64,000 nucleotides of DNA from Lingula anatina (taxonomy: Eukaryota; Animalia; Brachiopoda), in assembly GCA_051362555.1 (NCBI GenBank), contig CM120644.1, positions 7,262,954 through 7,326,953 of the forward strand, written 5' to 3'. The notes beneath the pieces were generated by a model. It was not told the origin of the DNA. It saw only the letters and a list, made by a program, of their open reading frames with translations, and made no database searches. The position numbers and the translations under genes are program-made. Shown here piece after piece: positions 47,001 to 59,023 of the stretch; position 1 is the first letter of the stretch, and each line of letters opens with the position of its first letter.

Positions 47001-50000
47001 TTTTGACTGACTGTACATACAGAATATGTAAGTAATGAGGTCTAGGCCGACGGAATCACCCGAAGTTACCCGAATGGGGCCAAGGTCACCATACTGGTAC
47101 AAATACGTAGGCCCCAACACTTACCTGGAAACCGTTCCTCCCAACTGGGATCCCTGGCTGATGGGGACGAAAAGAACAACACTGGCACCTGTCTCTCGGA
47201 AGCATCATTGGCCGTTTTAGCCGCTGAATAGTTGGACACAGCAATATCCTGATCGGGAAAGATCCAAATATTTCTTGCTTTTAGTCCCAGCTCCTCTTTG
47301 CTGCCTCTTAGTCCAACGAACACAGTGATACACGAAGAACCAGAGCACAGGTCTTTGTTCTTTATGTATGGATAAAGAGCTGAAAGGGGGGAATGAAATC
47401 CACATTGTCAAAAGTGTGTTTGATACATCAATTTATATGTACATGTACATAGGGGTGACAAAAGTATTGCACCATTTTGCTGTAACGTGAACAACAGCTG
47501 CTTTTGTTAAGTTCTTCAATTGATATATTATTGAAAACTGGTTATGCCCAGTTAGTTTCTTTACTACAGGTTTACCGTTTACAGAACAGCGCTTTGTCCT
47601 TACATAAGGCATGTGATTATGTCAGTATTAATGTTTTGTGAGATAGCCACCATCCTTCTGGGCATAGAATGATAACGGTTCAGTAATTTTCTTGGGGGGG
47701 GGGGGGTATGTTGGCCCATGCTCTAAAGACAAAGAGCGTTTCTGGTAAAGGGACAATCATTTATCACTTGATTTCCAATCTTATTCCTCAGGTTTCAATG
47801 GGGTTTGCATCTGGTGATTTGACAGGCAAGTCCACCCTATTGTTGCCATGCAGGTGAAGTCATTCTTGTACAGCCCTGGCCTTGAGGGGTGTGGCGTTGT
47901 AATCTTCGAAAGTGAATGGGTGATTCCTGTCCCCAGAGATGTTTGCTACCGACGGTAAAGAGTATACTGGTCCATTATTTCAATGTAGTGTCATAGTGGC
48001 GTTTTACGGTTATATTTCATTTTAGAAACTTCCACATTTAAATCAAAATTATGTCAATGTGTGGTAAAGATTGTACATATGTCTCAGTTATAATGATATT
48101 ACATGAATCTGTTATTGTATTTTATTCATTGGAAAGAACTGTAACCGAGTTTTAAAGGGTGTTTTCAGTTTTAAAAGGATTAAATAACTTCATTTATGGC
48201 TCTATCTCCTAGTTAAAATTTAAATTAGTATCAGTTTAATTATTTTAAAGGTCTTGTAGCCCATGTCACCCATCATCGTCTTTTACTAATTTGATAAGTG
48301 GTTCCCACCTGGGAGCCCTGGTGTGAAACCTTCAAGCATGGGGCCTTCATTAAACAGCTCTTTTGCTAATCTCAAATTGCAAATTGCGCGACCACTGCGA
48401 AGTTAATTTGCTGCATGGTTCAAATCCTCTAAGCATTAATTTAACTGGCAGCATAAAAACGCCTGTCGTTTCTGGCACACGTCTTTCTCGGGCAACCACT
48501 TCGTGGTGACTTAAGGGCATCGCCAGTGTCCTCCATCCTTCCTCAAACCCTATATACATTGTAACCAGAAACACCATATCTGGCGGCTATCTGGGGGACA
48601 TATAAATCATCGCCCTCAGAGGAACGATATATTTTCTTTTTTCGTTTGTACCTTTACCATGGTAGCAACTTGATAGCCAGAAGGGCATTACATCCTCGAA
48701 TGTTACCCTTTATAGTACACAAGGATGGAAATTTATCAATAATTGTTACGCGAGCAATAAGCCACAAATCACTTTTCAAGAAAGGGTCCCACATGTCACA
48801 CAGCGCACTATTCACACAGAGCGTGCTTACATCACCCCCTGTACGCCGTAATTCAACCAGTAGCAAAGATGGACTATGGGACTTTATTACTGGTTTATAT
48901 AGGGCTGCTGGTAACTGTTAAAATCAAAGTCCTTTTTTTTTTTTTTTTTTTTTTTTTTTGGACGCACACATAAAACTGTAACACAATTATCCTCATTTTT
49001 GTTCATCTTTTGTTTAATTATCTCCAAGAATTATCTCAATTAATTTGATATCACCTGTCACTTACGTGAGGTCTCCGCGATTTCCCTGGGGAGCAACGAC
49101 GTGAACGTGTTTAGAACGCCAGCGTCTGATATGACAAGAGGTGCAAAGATGTCCACCTCATCTCCAGATTTTGACTTTTCCACTTTGACTCCTGCAAAAA
49201 TTTTTAAAGGAAAAGGCACTTTATTGGCAACGGGGTATAACGCCAAGAAAATTGAGCCTGAGCATAGTTTTAACTGGACTCTGGTGTGGATATACGTTCT
49301 GTATTATGTTTACAGTACGTGAGGTGCAGTTGTCCAGGCTCAAACAACATAGGCCTATTGTGTCTCAGAATCTGCATGATATCCAATACCAACTTTATGA
49401 CATTACCTACCAACGACATGACCTTTGCTATTTGTCAAAAGCCTTTTCACAGGGGCCCTTACGAGAACCTTGCCACCAGCACCCTCTATTGTAGGAATCA
49501 TGTGGAATGCCACCTCACTGCTACCGCCATACGGATACCAGCTACCGTTGACAAAATGCCGGACAACCCCGGCGTGTGTCGAGAAACTTGAAAGACTTGG
49601 GACACAACCTGTAATATAATCACACAGGTAATACATACAATTTCACAAATATCAAATTTTGAAGGTGTTGTCTTCAAAGGAATCGTATCGCAATTTACAA
49701 GATGACATTAAAATTACCGCTTCCAAAACTCGGGGGAATTTTGAAAGGATACCGTAGCCGTTGTTACATGACAAAAGTGGTAAGAATCACAGCTTCCCTG
49801 CCTTTTATATAGGCCTATAAATATTTTAACACTAGTAACAACTGGGCTTACCACTTGGGCGGGGAAAATTCGATCACGAAAATTTACGTTTTTGAAGCTA
49901 GTCACGTTAACTGTTTTATATTTTTGGTAAAAATGGTCCAAAGTACTGCCAGACATATGCTTTGATTTTTGCCATCATTGATCATTAGAAAAGAGGAATT

Positions 50001-53000
50001 GTCCGGTCTCGGTACCCCAAACATTGCTGTACTTCTATATTTGCCTACTATTATATTTGTTATTTACAGTTTTAGGTTTACCATAATCTCCAAAGAGGTA
50101 TGCAAGAACACATTTCAGAGTCTCATTATCTGAAATGCTATCTAGAATGGTCTGTAGTGTGACTCTTGTGTACATGAAGTACGGAATGAACCAATGCACG
50201 AGACCTGACCTAATGAGGAATCGTGTCAGCCAGCGAGGCCAGCTTTTCATAAGGATTACTCCCCCAAAGGATCCGGAAGATTTCTGAAAGCATAATAATA
50301 ATAATAATTATTATTATTATAACAATTTTGTTTTTGCAGAAATAACCTGCCACCCTTAAGAACATTTTTCATAGATTTCCATATCTGATTGATCACAATG
50401 AATTGGTTTTTAAAGGTACATACTAACTATACACTTCTACTAGTTTCTTATACGACTCAAATAAATTTGACATGCCAAGGGATAAACTGAATAGATCACT
50501 CGATCAGCCATAAAAGAGCTTCAGACTGCTCCTTTCTTAAAATTTTTGGTCGGATATTTAACTTACTTTCGTGACCTACTTTTCTGCCACATTGACATAC
50601 AGCATAGAATGCTAGCAGAAAAATCCGTTCAAACAATGCCTTTTGGTTATTCTCTTAGTCATACTACTTGAAACTATATGCTGGCAATTGGGCTGTTTTT
50701 GCGGCAAAAAATTGACTTTTTATGCATCTTTAAGGTACCAGAATGTCTGTGTTGTTACTAATAATATTGCTTATTTGCAACGTTAATATATACAAATCAC
50801 AAAAAATATACAAATCACAAAAAAAAGATGAAAATTTATTAAAATGTTCATTTGAATTAGAATGGCATACTGTATGTTCCTTAGGGATATTTAAAATGCG
50901 TTCAGAGTGCTATTTTAAAATCATACAAAAATTCCATTGATTTTAAAAGTATGCAGTGCCCATATGTATAGCAAACAATATTAAGACAGGCAAACACATT
51001 AACAAAGATAGATAAGTTATGGGCGGCCAAAAGGGCAAAAAATCCTGTCGTCGATTCAGTTATGTTTCGTCGATTCACTGCCTTCCCATCGATTCAGTTT
51101 CAAGTTTAAACGATCCTGTCATAAATTCAACATCTACTTTCGTCAATTCAACTGTCAAACATTTCTCATCTACGGTGTATTAAAACCAATGCTGTCACTA
51201 TTTTCGTCGATCGTGTAACTATTCTCGTCGATCGTCTAATCTCGTCGATCGTCCAACTAATCTCGTCGATCGTGTAACTATTCTCGTCGATCGTCTAATC
51301 TCGTCGATCGTCCAACTAATCTCGTCGATCGTGTAACTATTCTCATCGATCGTCTAATCTCGTCGATCGTGTAACTATTCTCATCGATCGTCTATTCTCG
51401 TCGATCGTCTCATCGATCGATTGCCAGAGGGCGCTGCGGTAGCACATTGGCCTATCACATGACTATCAAAATGGCAGACAACAAAATGATTGCTAGTGAA
51501 ATAAGAACATATTCTCAACAATTTCAATTTTAGTTGTTAATAATTAAAAGATATTCGGTTGTAGGGACATTATTTTCTAGTTGTGCTTAACTCTGACCAT
51601 GGCTGGCCGAGTTAAAAATTACCGCGTGATTGACAGACAGAAGCACGTGTTGCTACCGCAGCGCCCTCTGGCGATCGATCGATGAGACGATCGATGAGAA
51701 TAGTTACACGATCGATGAGATTAGACGATCGACGAGAATAGTTACACGATCGACGAAAACAGTTTGACGATCGACGAGATTAGTTACACGATCGACGAAA
51801 ATAGTGACAGCATTGGTTTTAATACACCATAGATGAGAAATGTTTGATAATTGAATTGACGAAAGTACATGTAGATGTTGAATTTATGACAGGATCGTTT
51901 AAACTTGAAATTGAATCGATGGGAAGGCAGTGAATCGACGACATGAATTTTTGCCCTTTTGGCCGCCCATAATAAGTTCCATTTACACATTATGCACTAT
52001 AAGCTCATTTCTAGACCTCTTAGCAGTCACTTGCAAAGCTCTGCCATTCAAATATTTATTGATTGTCAAATGTGCGATGTCAATTGCAAATGGCTGACAT
52101 GCATTTACTGCTGGGTATCAAAATTATATTTCCATGAATATATTAGATATAATAATACTAATTTATTTAATAATAATTTATTTGCTAAAATCGCAACCTA
52201 AAGGTTGAAGTTTTACAATGTGTCTTAAATAGTAAAATCATAAGGTATTTTAAAATTAACTAAAAATTATAAACTAAAGGACCAAAGCTTTAAAACAAGA
52301 CTTATAAGACAGTTTGAAGCAGTAATTTACATAAAATTTAAAAGATTTAGAATTATAAAAGATGATTTAAAACGCTCCGTTTTCACTTTTGGTATTAAAA
52401 ATTTGTTGCTGACCCTGAGATTTCTTGGGTTCTTTTGTTTAAACAGATGGTGTAGCTTATTAAAATTCTAAAATAAAAAGCACCTTAAAACTTGCTAAAA
52501 GGTTTAAGGAATTCCAAGGAAGGACGTGCCACTACACACCTGTTTTGTTCATCGAACGTATGCTTTTCGTGATGTTCTCGCTAATTCTATTTAGCAAGTT
52601 GGAAATGTACGTTTTTTCCAGTGGAAAGAAGCTCTCGTCAATCCAAAGAAATTGGCATAAAACCCATAAGTAGAAGTATTAGATATTAGGCGTCAGTAAA
52701 AACAGCAAGTTACTAGGCAAAAACAGACCACCGAATTACACAAGATGCACAAGAAATGAGGGTGACTGTCCTGTGACTTACAAAAAAAAGGTTCCGTAAA
52801 AAACTTATCGCAATGATCATCTTTAACTTTCTTAGCGCATATCACTTATCAAAATTCGATTATTATGCAAAAAACCCTAATGCCAAAAAACTAATAAACA
52901 AACTAATACTAGCCGAAGTGATCATTTCTCGGGCAGCAGAAGAGGGCTTTTAATCTGTGACTGTTCTTTCTTCAAAATGTCTGGTTAAATTAAAATTATA

Positions 53001-56000
53001 TATTTCATTTCAGCCCGCAAAGCACAAAAATATAGCATCTATGCTGATAGCTTTTTCATAAAATTCATCAATTTTAAATATTGATCAAATAATGCCTCAA
53101 AATATTGTTTTGTTCCTTGACAATCGTTAGCTTTTTTGTACAACTCTGTCCAATACCAAGATAGTGAAGGGCATTGACTCAAAGGCCAGTGATGCATGGA
53201 CGACTAAAAGGCTACAATGTATCAGATAAATTACATTAAAATTAATCCCTTGTCCACTAGGACAACATGCATTCCAGTATCTGAATCAGAAGAAGTTTGT
53301 GTCATAAAATAGATTTGGGTGTCTTTTGAGTTCATGCAGTGAAAACACATGTTTTGTAAAAAATAATAATAATAATAATGAAAAACTGTTTAAAAAGGCT
53401 GCAATATGGAGTTTCACAGATAAATCACAAAACCACTAAATTAGGTGTTGGGTCTTACTATGATCACAGTAAAACGCGTTAACCGATCCGTTATGTTAAA
53501 TCATCCGAGAAAGTTACTTATATTTCGTGCCAAAACCTAATATTTCATTGGTATTTGCAACAATCACATTGTTGGTCACAGAATACACGTGCTTTAGTTC
53601 AAGATTATGTCAATTATGGATACGCTGATGCTAATTTACCTAACAATATGTAGGAAAGGGATGAGCTATATATAGTCACGTAGAGTGCACACGTTTAATT
53701 GCCAGTTTGTATCGGCAAGGTTTTGTTACTTCAAACATTATTTGTGCCCGTTATGCTTAATCATTAGAGCATATGAAATAACATTCATAGGTGCAACATT
53801 ATGTTTTCATACCAACTGTATACTTAAAACTTAATTATTAAGTAGGTATGGTTGATTGGTCGACAGTGCTTCATCAAGAAATATAGGTATCTTTAACTTA
53901 CCAAAACATGATCCTTATATCTATCAATGGCCTCCGTGTCTTGTGGAAATTGTGACTTCAAGTGCTCGAAGTACACGTTGTCGTTGCCGCCTTTTATTGT
54001 ATAGTACTTAACTTCGGTTCCTCGTCCTATCGCCACCTAAAACATACATTTTGCACATGCAACCTGTTATTGCTCGATCAGCTTTCAGAAAAAAAACTAG
54101 ACATTATCTGATTTATCTTGGAACGGAGTTCTGTGAAAAAATGTTCAGTAATAGGCCTACAAACTCAAAACAAACTTCTGCCATTTTTAATTTACTATTT
54201 AATTCATTAAATACACAAAATCCAATCATTCAGCTATTTCTGTACGATGTCCTTTGATCAGAATACCAACCCAAAGACTAAATTTTGTCTATTTCTTTTT
54301 CTGCTTTGATGTGATACAAGATGAACTGTAGTCTATGCATTGTGATGAATCTAATATTGTCTAACTTATACGAAGTATTACTGTACCCAAATAGTCATAA
54401 GCCTCGGTCACAAGCGGACGAACGAATTTTAGGATCATACGTGCCCCTGCAAATTGTGGGTGCATGGAGACCGTGGAGGTCGTATAGGTAGAGGAAAGGT
54501 TGTAAGGACTTCGCCAGAAAGGCAAAAGAAAGGCGCAAATCTGCCTTGCGAGGCCCAGGGACCACGTGAGATGTCCTTTCAAGCAGGGACGCTAATTGCA
54601 AGGTGCGGTTGCCATGGAAATTGTACTATTTCTTGATCTGATTTTGCTACCTACGTAAACGGCACACATTCACCATGCCAATAAAAGAGACAATGAAACA
54701 CACAGCGAAGGTAATTCACACTTGCGTCATTTCTGCGTCACACTTGCCCCACACGCTCGTGATGACGTACTCACAGAGTACTGACCTCCTGTTCTCCCCT
54801 TCTTTCTTTTCCCTCTCCCCTTCTTCTTTGCACTCTAAGCTTCTTTCTTTGCCTTTTTTATTGAAAGCTAAACTGAGCAAAATCCGTTTTTTTTTTTTTT
54901 CAAAAATGTCTGAGTTGTACACGTTGCACAATCGCCGTGGCACGTGAGATTCTGCACAAAATTCGGACGCAAACAGGCCGTAAGAGCCCGTACGGCCGGT
55001 TGTGACCTAGGCTTTAAGAACAGAAAAAAAGAGTATAATTACCACGTCATATTCGTCGTCCAGCTTTGACCAGTGTAGTTGGCCTCGGGTCAGCTGGTCA
55101 CACAGTAGCCTCGGGAGGTCATCCTCACCCATCTCCCCCACGTAGTGGATGCCTAACGGAAGAGAGGGGGGTTTGTATGTTACCGTCCAAGATGCTTTCA
55201 ACCAAAAGACGACTAAAAGACCTGTCATACGGACCATGCACGACTATACCCCCAAACAGTTACGACGAATAACCACGAACTTCACATCGACAACAGCTCT
55301 CAAAAAGAAAAAAATCGATATACACTGTAACTCGAATCCCTGCCACATAACCATGAAATCTAAAGGTGTCAACTTAACATTTAATGTCTTGAATAATAAT
55401 AATAAAAATAATAGTATTATTTTGAGTCTAAAATCCAAATTCATTCAATTGACTTGGCATTAAAGTGTAAAAGAAATAACTAAAAAGGCTAGTAAAAATT
55501 GATTAAAACAGGAAAATTAATTAAAACAAATAATGTAGAAATTGAAATGTTACTTGATCACTCACTCAAAAAGTCATTAATAAAAACTCTATTCATAATT
55601 TTTTCATAACTTGTTTCTGTGATAATCAAAGCTAGATCTTACCGGAAGTGGGCGTGTCCCCACCATCCTATACTCAAATCAAGTACATCATTACCTGTGT
55701 CAAACTCAAAACCTTTTTCGGTAAAGGAATGACAGCATCCTCCCGCTTGGTCGTGTTGTTCCAGGACCAGAACTTTTTTCCCTGCCTTGGCCAAGATGGC
55801 GGCTACAGTCAGCCCACCCATACCGCTACCAACGACAATGACATCAAGGTTCTGGGGAACTTTGGCGGCGGTAAACCCTGAAGAAATTGGAAGAAAGAAC
55901 CCATTCCAGTTCACAGTGGAAAGTTTGGAGGGGGAGGGTCTAGATAGTGAGGAAGTCCATCGGGCTGGAAACTTTTGTTCAAACATATTTAAGGTCTAGA

Positions 56001-56335
56001 TCAAAAGTTTGATGGCAATTGTTTTAAGGCAACAGCTGCCACTAGCAATACAAATTAGAAAATGACATTTCGGAATAAACCGTGGGAACGGTGAACATTT
56101 GGATCACCGAGCTCTCGGTCCTTGGTGTCCTAAATGTTGGTCTCTGTAAAACTCATGGACATGAGTGGGTAATGGGGTGAACATGTTGCCGATCGGGGCA
56201 AAGGATACATACTTTGTCTTTGCAACAACATGTACTAACCAACTGATGATTAAGGTCAAACCAGCTGCATTTGTAGAGATACGGTGTACCAGTACTATTT
56301 AATTCATATCTGAATTCAAACGAGGTAACCAAAAG

Positions 56336-56373
<38 letters not shown>

Positions 56374-57204
56374 GATATCACAAAAAATGTTTTAGTTTGT
56401 CCGGGAGTCAGTGGAGTCAGGATGGAAAAGGATGGAAAAGGAGCACGAAAAAAAAAATTTTCAAAACGTCTTTTATTGCAGTATCTCGTTTGGTAGAAAT
56501 CGCAAAGTGTTATCATTATGGCAAATAATTATGTTACAGCAAAGACATAAAAGATTCCATATAAATTCATATTAAAATATACAGTTAACTACCAAAAGAT
56601 CTATGTATGAACGGTGTGAAGGGGCTAAGAAGTTTTCATTTCACCGGGGAATGAAAAAACGAGAATTCTTTTTTTCACATGAAGAAAACCGTGGGAAATA
56701 AGTTTTTTTTCTTTTCTTTCTGAACGAAAGAAGAGAATTGCACCAACTTTATTTGATTTCATATTTATCCCAAAAAGAAGACATAAATTGTATCTGAAAG
56801 CTGCAATGGATATCTGGATCCATCATTCAAAACGGGCATTTATTCCATTTCCGTCAAATAGAGCGAACCGTGCTCCTCATGCACGTGTACAGAACAGCTT
56901 TTCACCTTTAAGGTTTCTTCGTATTATTCATAATTATCATTGTCTTAAGTATGTTAATTTGCCACTTTTGCCAAGTATCACACTTACGCCTTACTGCCAA
57001 GATCTTGCTGGCTCTCAAACACGCCGAGGACCATGTGGGAGATACGAGGACCATGGGGAAGATATGAGGGCCATGGAGAAGTTAAAATTTTAATTTACCC
57101 TCAATGAATTAAGTTTAATAAACAAATATATTCATATCGGTAAAACGCCGTTTCACTTGCTCCATTTGTATATTCGGAAATGATCCTGTAGCCTGGAGAG
57201 CAGT

Positions 57205-57269
<65 letters not shown>

Positions 57270-57536
57270 TTAACAAACAGGGACGTAGCCCTTATGTATA
57301 TCCATTTTCGGATTCTATGTGACTGCAATGTAAAGAAACGTACCTTGCTTTAGCACCTTTTTCCTCTCCTTTTCGTCGGTAACCAGTGGGGCTCGCGGGC
57401 AGACGGCGTCCACTTCAAAAGGATTCCGCCCCTCTTTCTTTTTGGTTGAGATCCAAAGCCCAAGAATAACAACAAGCGTGATCCCTAAGATCCAGGCAGG
57501 ACCTAGGGACCCGACGGTATCCCATATTAAAGACAT
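42868..57536 (-). CDS. RETSAT: Retinol saturase-like paralog (copy 2), 11 exons, ~621 aa
   Basis: Exons (minus): 57536-57344, 55877-55695, 55152-55043, 54036-53902, 50283-50082, 49608-49411, 49191-49066, 47379-47125, 46332-46166, 44561-44402, 43004-42868; total 1866 nt, open frame. Most exon lengths equal those of copy 1 (183, 110, 135, 202, 198, 167, 160). Motifs: [59 protein letters not shown]. Confidence 0.93.
45468..45640. mobile_element. Short hairpin MITE
   Basis: Arms CCCATTCAGAATAGGGGACTAACTAG..GGGTCAAATAT / ATATTTGACCCTCGGACTAGTTAGTCCCCTAATCTGAATGGG. A second copy lies at 12821-12952. Confidence 0.8.
50414..50729. mobile_element. Kolobok-like MITE (TTAA TSD), same family as 40281-40660
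   Basis: TTAA|AGGTACATAC...TATGCATCT|TTAA. It shares ATGCCAAGGGATAAACTGAATAGATCACTCGATCAGCC with the other copy in inverted orientation. Confidence 0.8.
51018..51971. mobile_element. Palindromic non-autonomous DNA transposon, IS3EU-like, in RETSAT copy 2 intron 4
   Basis: Termini TATGGGCGGCCAAAAGGGCAAAAA / TTTTTGCCCTTTTGGCCGCCCATA. 6-bp TSD ATAAGT at 51012-51017 and 51972-51977. Inverted arms are 320-430 bp long and carry tandem TCTCGTCGATCG units. TAY termini with a 6-bp TSD fit IS3EU. Confidence 0.88.
57208..57267. repeat. (TA)n microsatellite
   Basis: Directly visible. Confidence 0.95.
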
Positions 57537-58456
57537 CTGTGACCTAAACGGGCCTTCCTGTTCCTACCAAGCTTTTGCTTTCTAAAGACAGTCAAAAAGC
57601 CGCAGTTTCGTTAGGAAATCTTGTCCGACGACACAAACCCAACAAACGTTGGCAAATATGCTGACGTCTGACGTAGATAATTTCTGACGCCCTCTTGTCG
57701 ATTGTCTTCCCTTCAATTTTTCTGGGATCCCAGGCTACTATTTTTAGGCGCCTGTGCTTGCTTGTCCCACTTGCCTGATGCGCTCGCTAGCTCTTGGCGT
57801 AATTTATGAGCATTTTGCTGTGTAATGATGACCCTGACAAAATTAATCGTTCATTATTGGACAGAGTCAGATAGTTCTATTGTTTTGCGGTAATAGGGCT
57901 ACCCTACTCGATAGAGAGACTCTTTGGATTAAAAGTGAGAGCTTGATTGTGGTAAATCCCCTATAACTTGGTAATCTGATAGGTTGACTTTTTCTCTATC
58001 AATTGAATCAGCCTTTGTTTAGGTCTAAACAAACGGTGGAATAAAATCAATTCGAATATTCTATTTTTTATCATTCTTCAATATCTTTGAAATGTTATCC
58101 TTCCTGCAAGAACGTGAACAAAGTGACTTCAATACAGAAAACTTTACATGTTGGCAGGTCACTGCAATAATTCTAGCTTTCACCCCCCCCCCCCCTTCCC
58201 CTCGTCCGCAGTATGTCCTCGACAACGTCGTGCCATATCTTATCACATAAAATATTATCTGGAACAGAGAGAGCGAGAGGGCACCAGTTGGTGATATCCA
58301 CTAAGCCCATTAACTGTCAGTGAACCGTCAACAGAGATAAAACCATTATGTTGCATATTCCGTATATTCCGCAAGTATGCTAACCTTCAATTTTTTTATC
58401 AGTTTATGGAGAGGAATTGGCTCAGTGGCGTGTCTTGTTTGCGGTTTGCGTCCTTT

Positions 58457-58473
58457 CTGCCATCTGGTGGCCA
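58457..58473 (-). promoter_or_regulatory. CTCF-consensus motif
   Basis: Minus strand TGGCCACCAGATGGCAG fits CCASYAGRKGGCRS. It lies between divergent RETSAT copy 2 and the syntaxin-like gene. Confidence 0.45.
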
Positions 58474-59023
58474 AACACTGACTACATGATGATGAGGGTA
58501 ACGAAACTTTGACCTGAACTCAGTTGATAATGGGCATAAAACTCCTCAGCACCGGAACGTCTTTAAATCTTTTTATGTGCCTCACGTAGAAATAAAACAT
58601 TTTCGCTTTCCAAAAATTGATTTCGTTCGCTAAAATTTATTATAGAAAATTTAGTATAGTGCAATTCTGCCACCAATAAAGGGAAAATATTATATCCTCA
58701 TTATTTCCTTAATACTTCAAAAATCGGCCTTCTATTAATTTACGAAGATATAAAAAAGATTCAACTTCTGAGATTGGAGAAGAAAAAAATTCTCTCTTTT
58801 CTTTTAAAATAGCTGTGTTTAATTCGAACTTCATGCCTCAAACCTGTTGATTGGGTTACTGAGTTATCAATTAGCACCTCTAACAAAACAGTGCTACTTA
58901 AAAAGGAGTTCCAACGAGCAGCTGCAGCATACAGTTTCAGAAATCAGCACTACCTTAGACTTCCGAAGAGTAAATATTGTCAACGTTCGGTTGCCGGTCT
59001 TGCACAAGAAGCAAAGGCTCGAG

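Noticed and set aside
58847-59023. TTG-initiated N-terminal extension of the syntaxin-like ORF
   Set aside because: A TTG start is unlikely in an animal gene and the segment shows no syntaxin similarity; the first ATG at 59024 is preferred.
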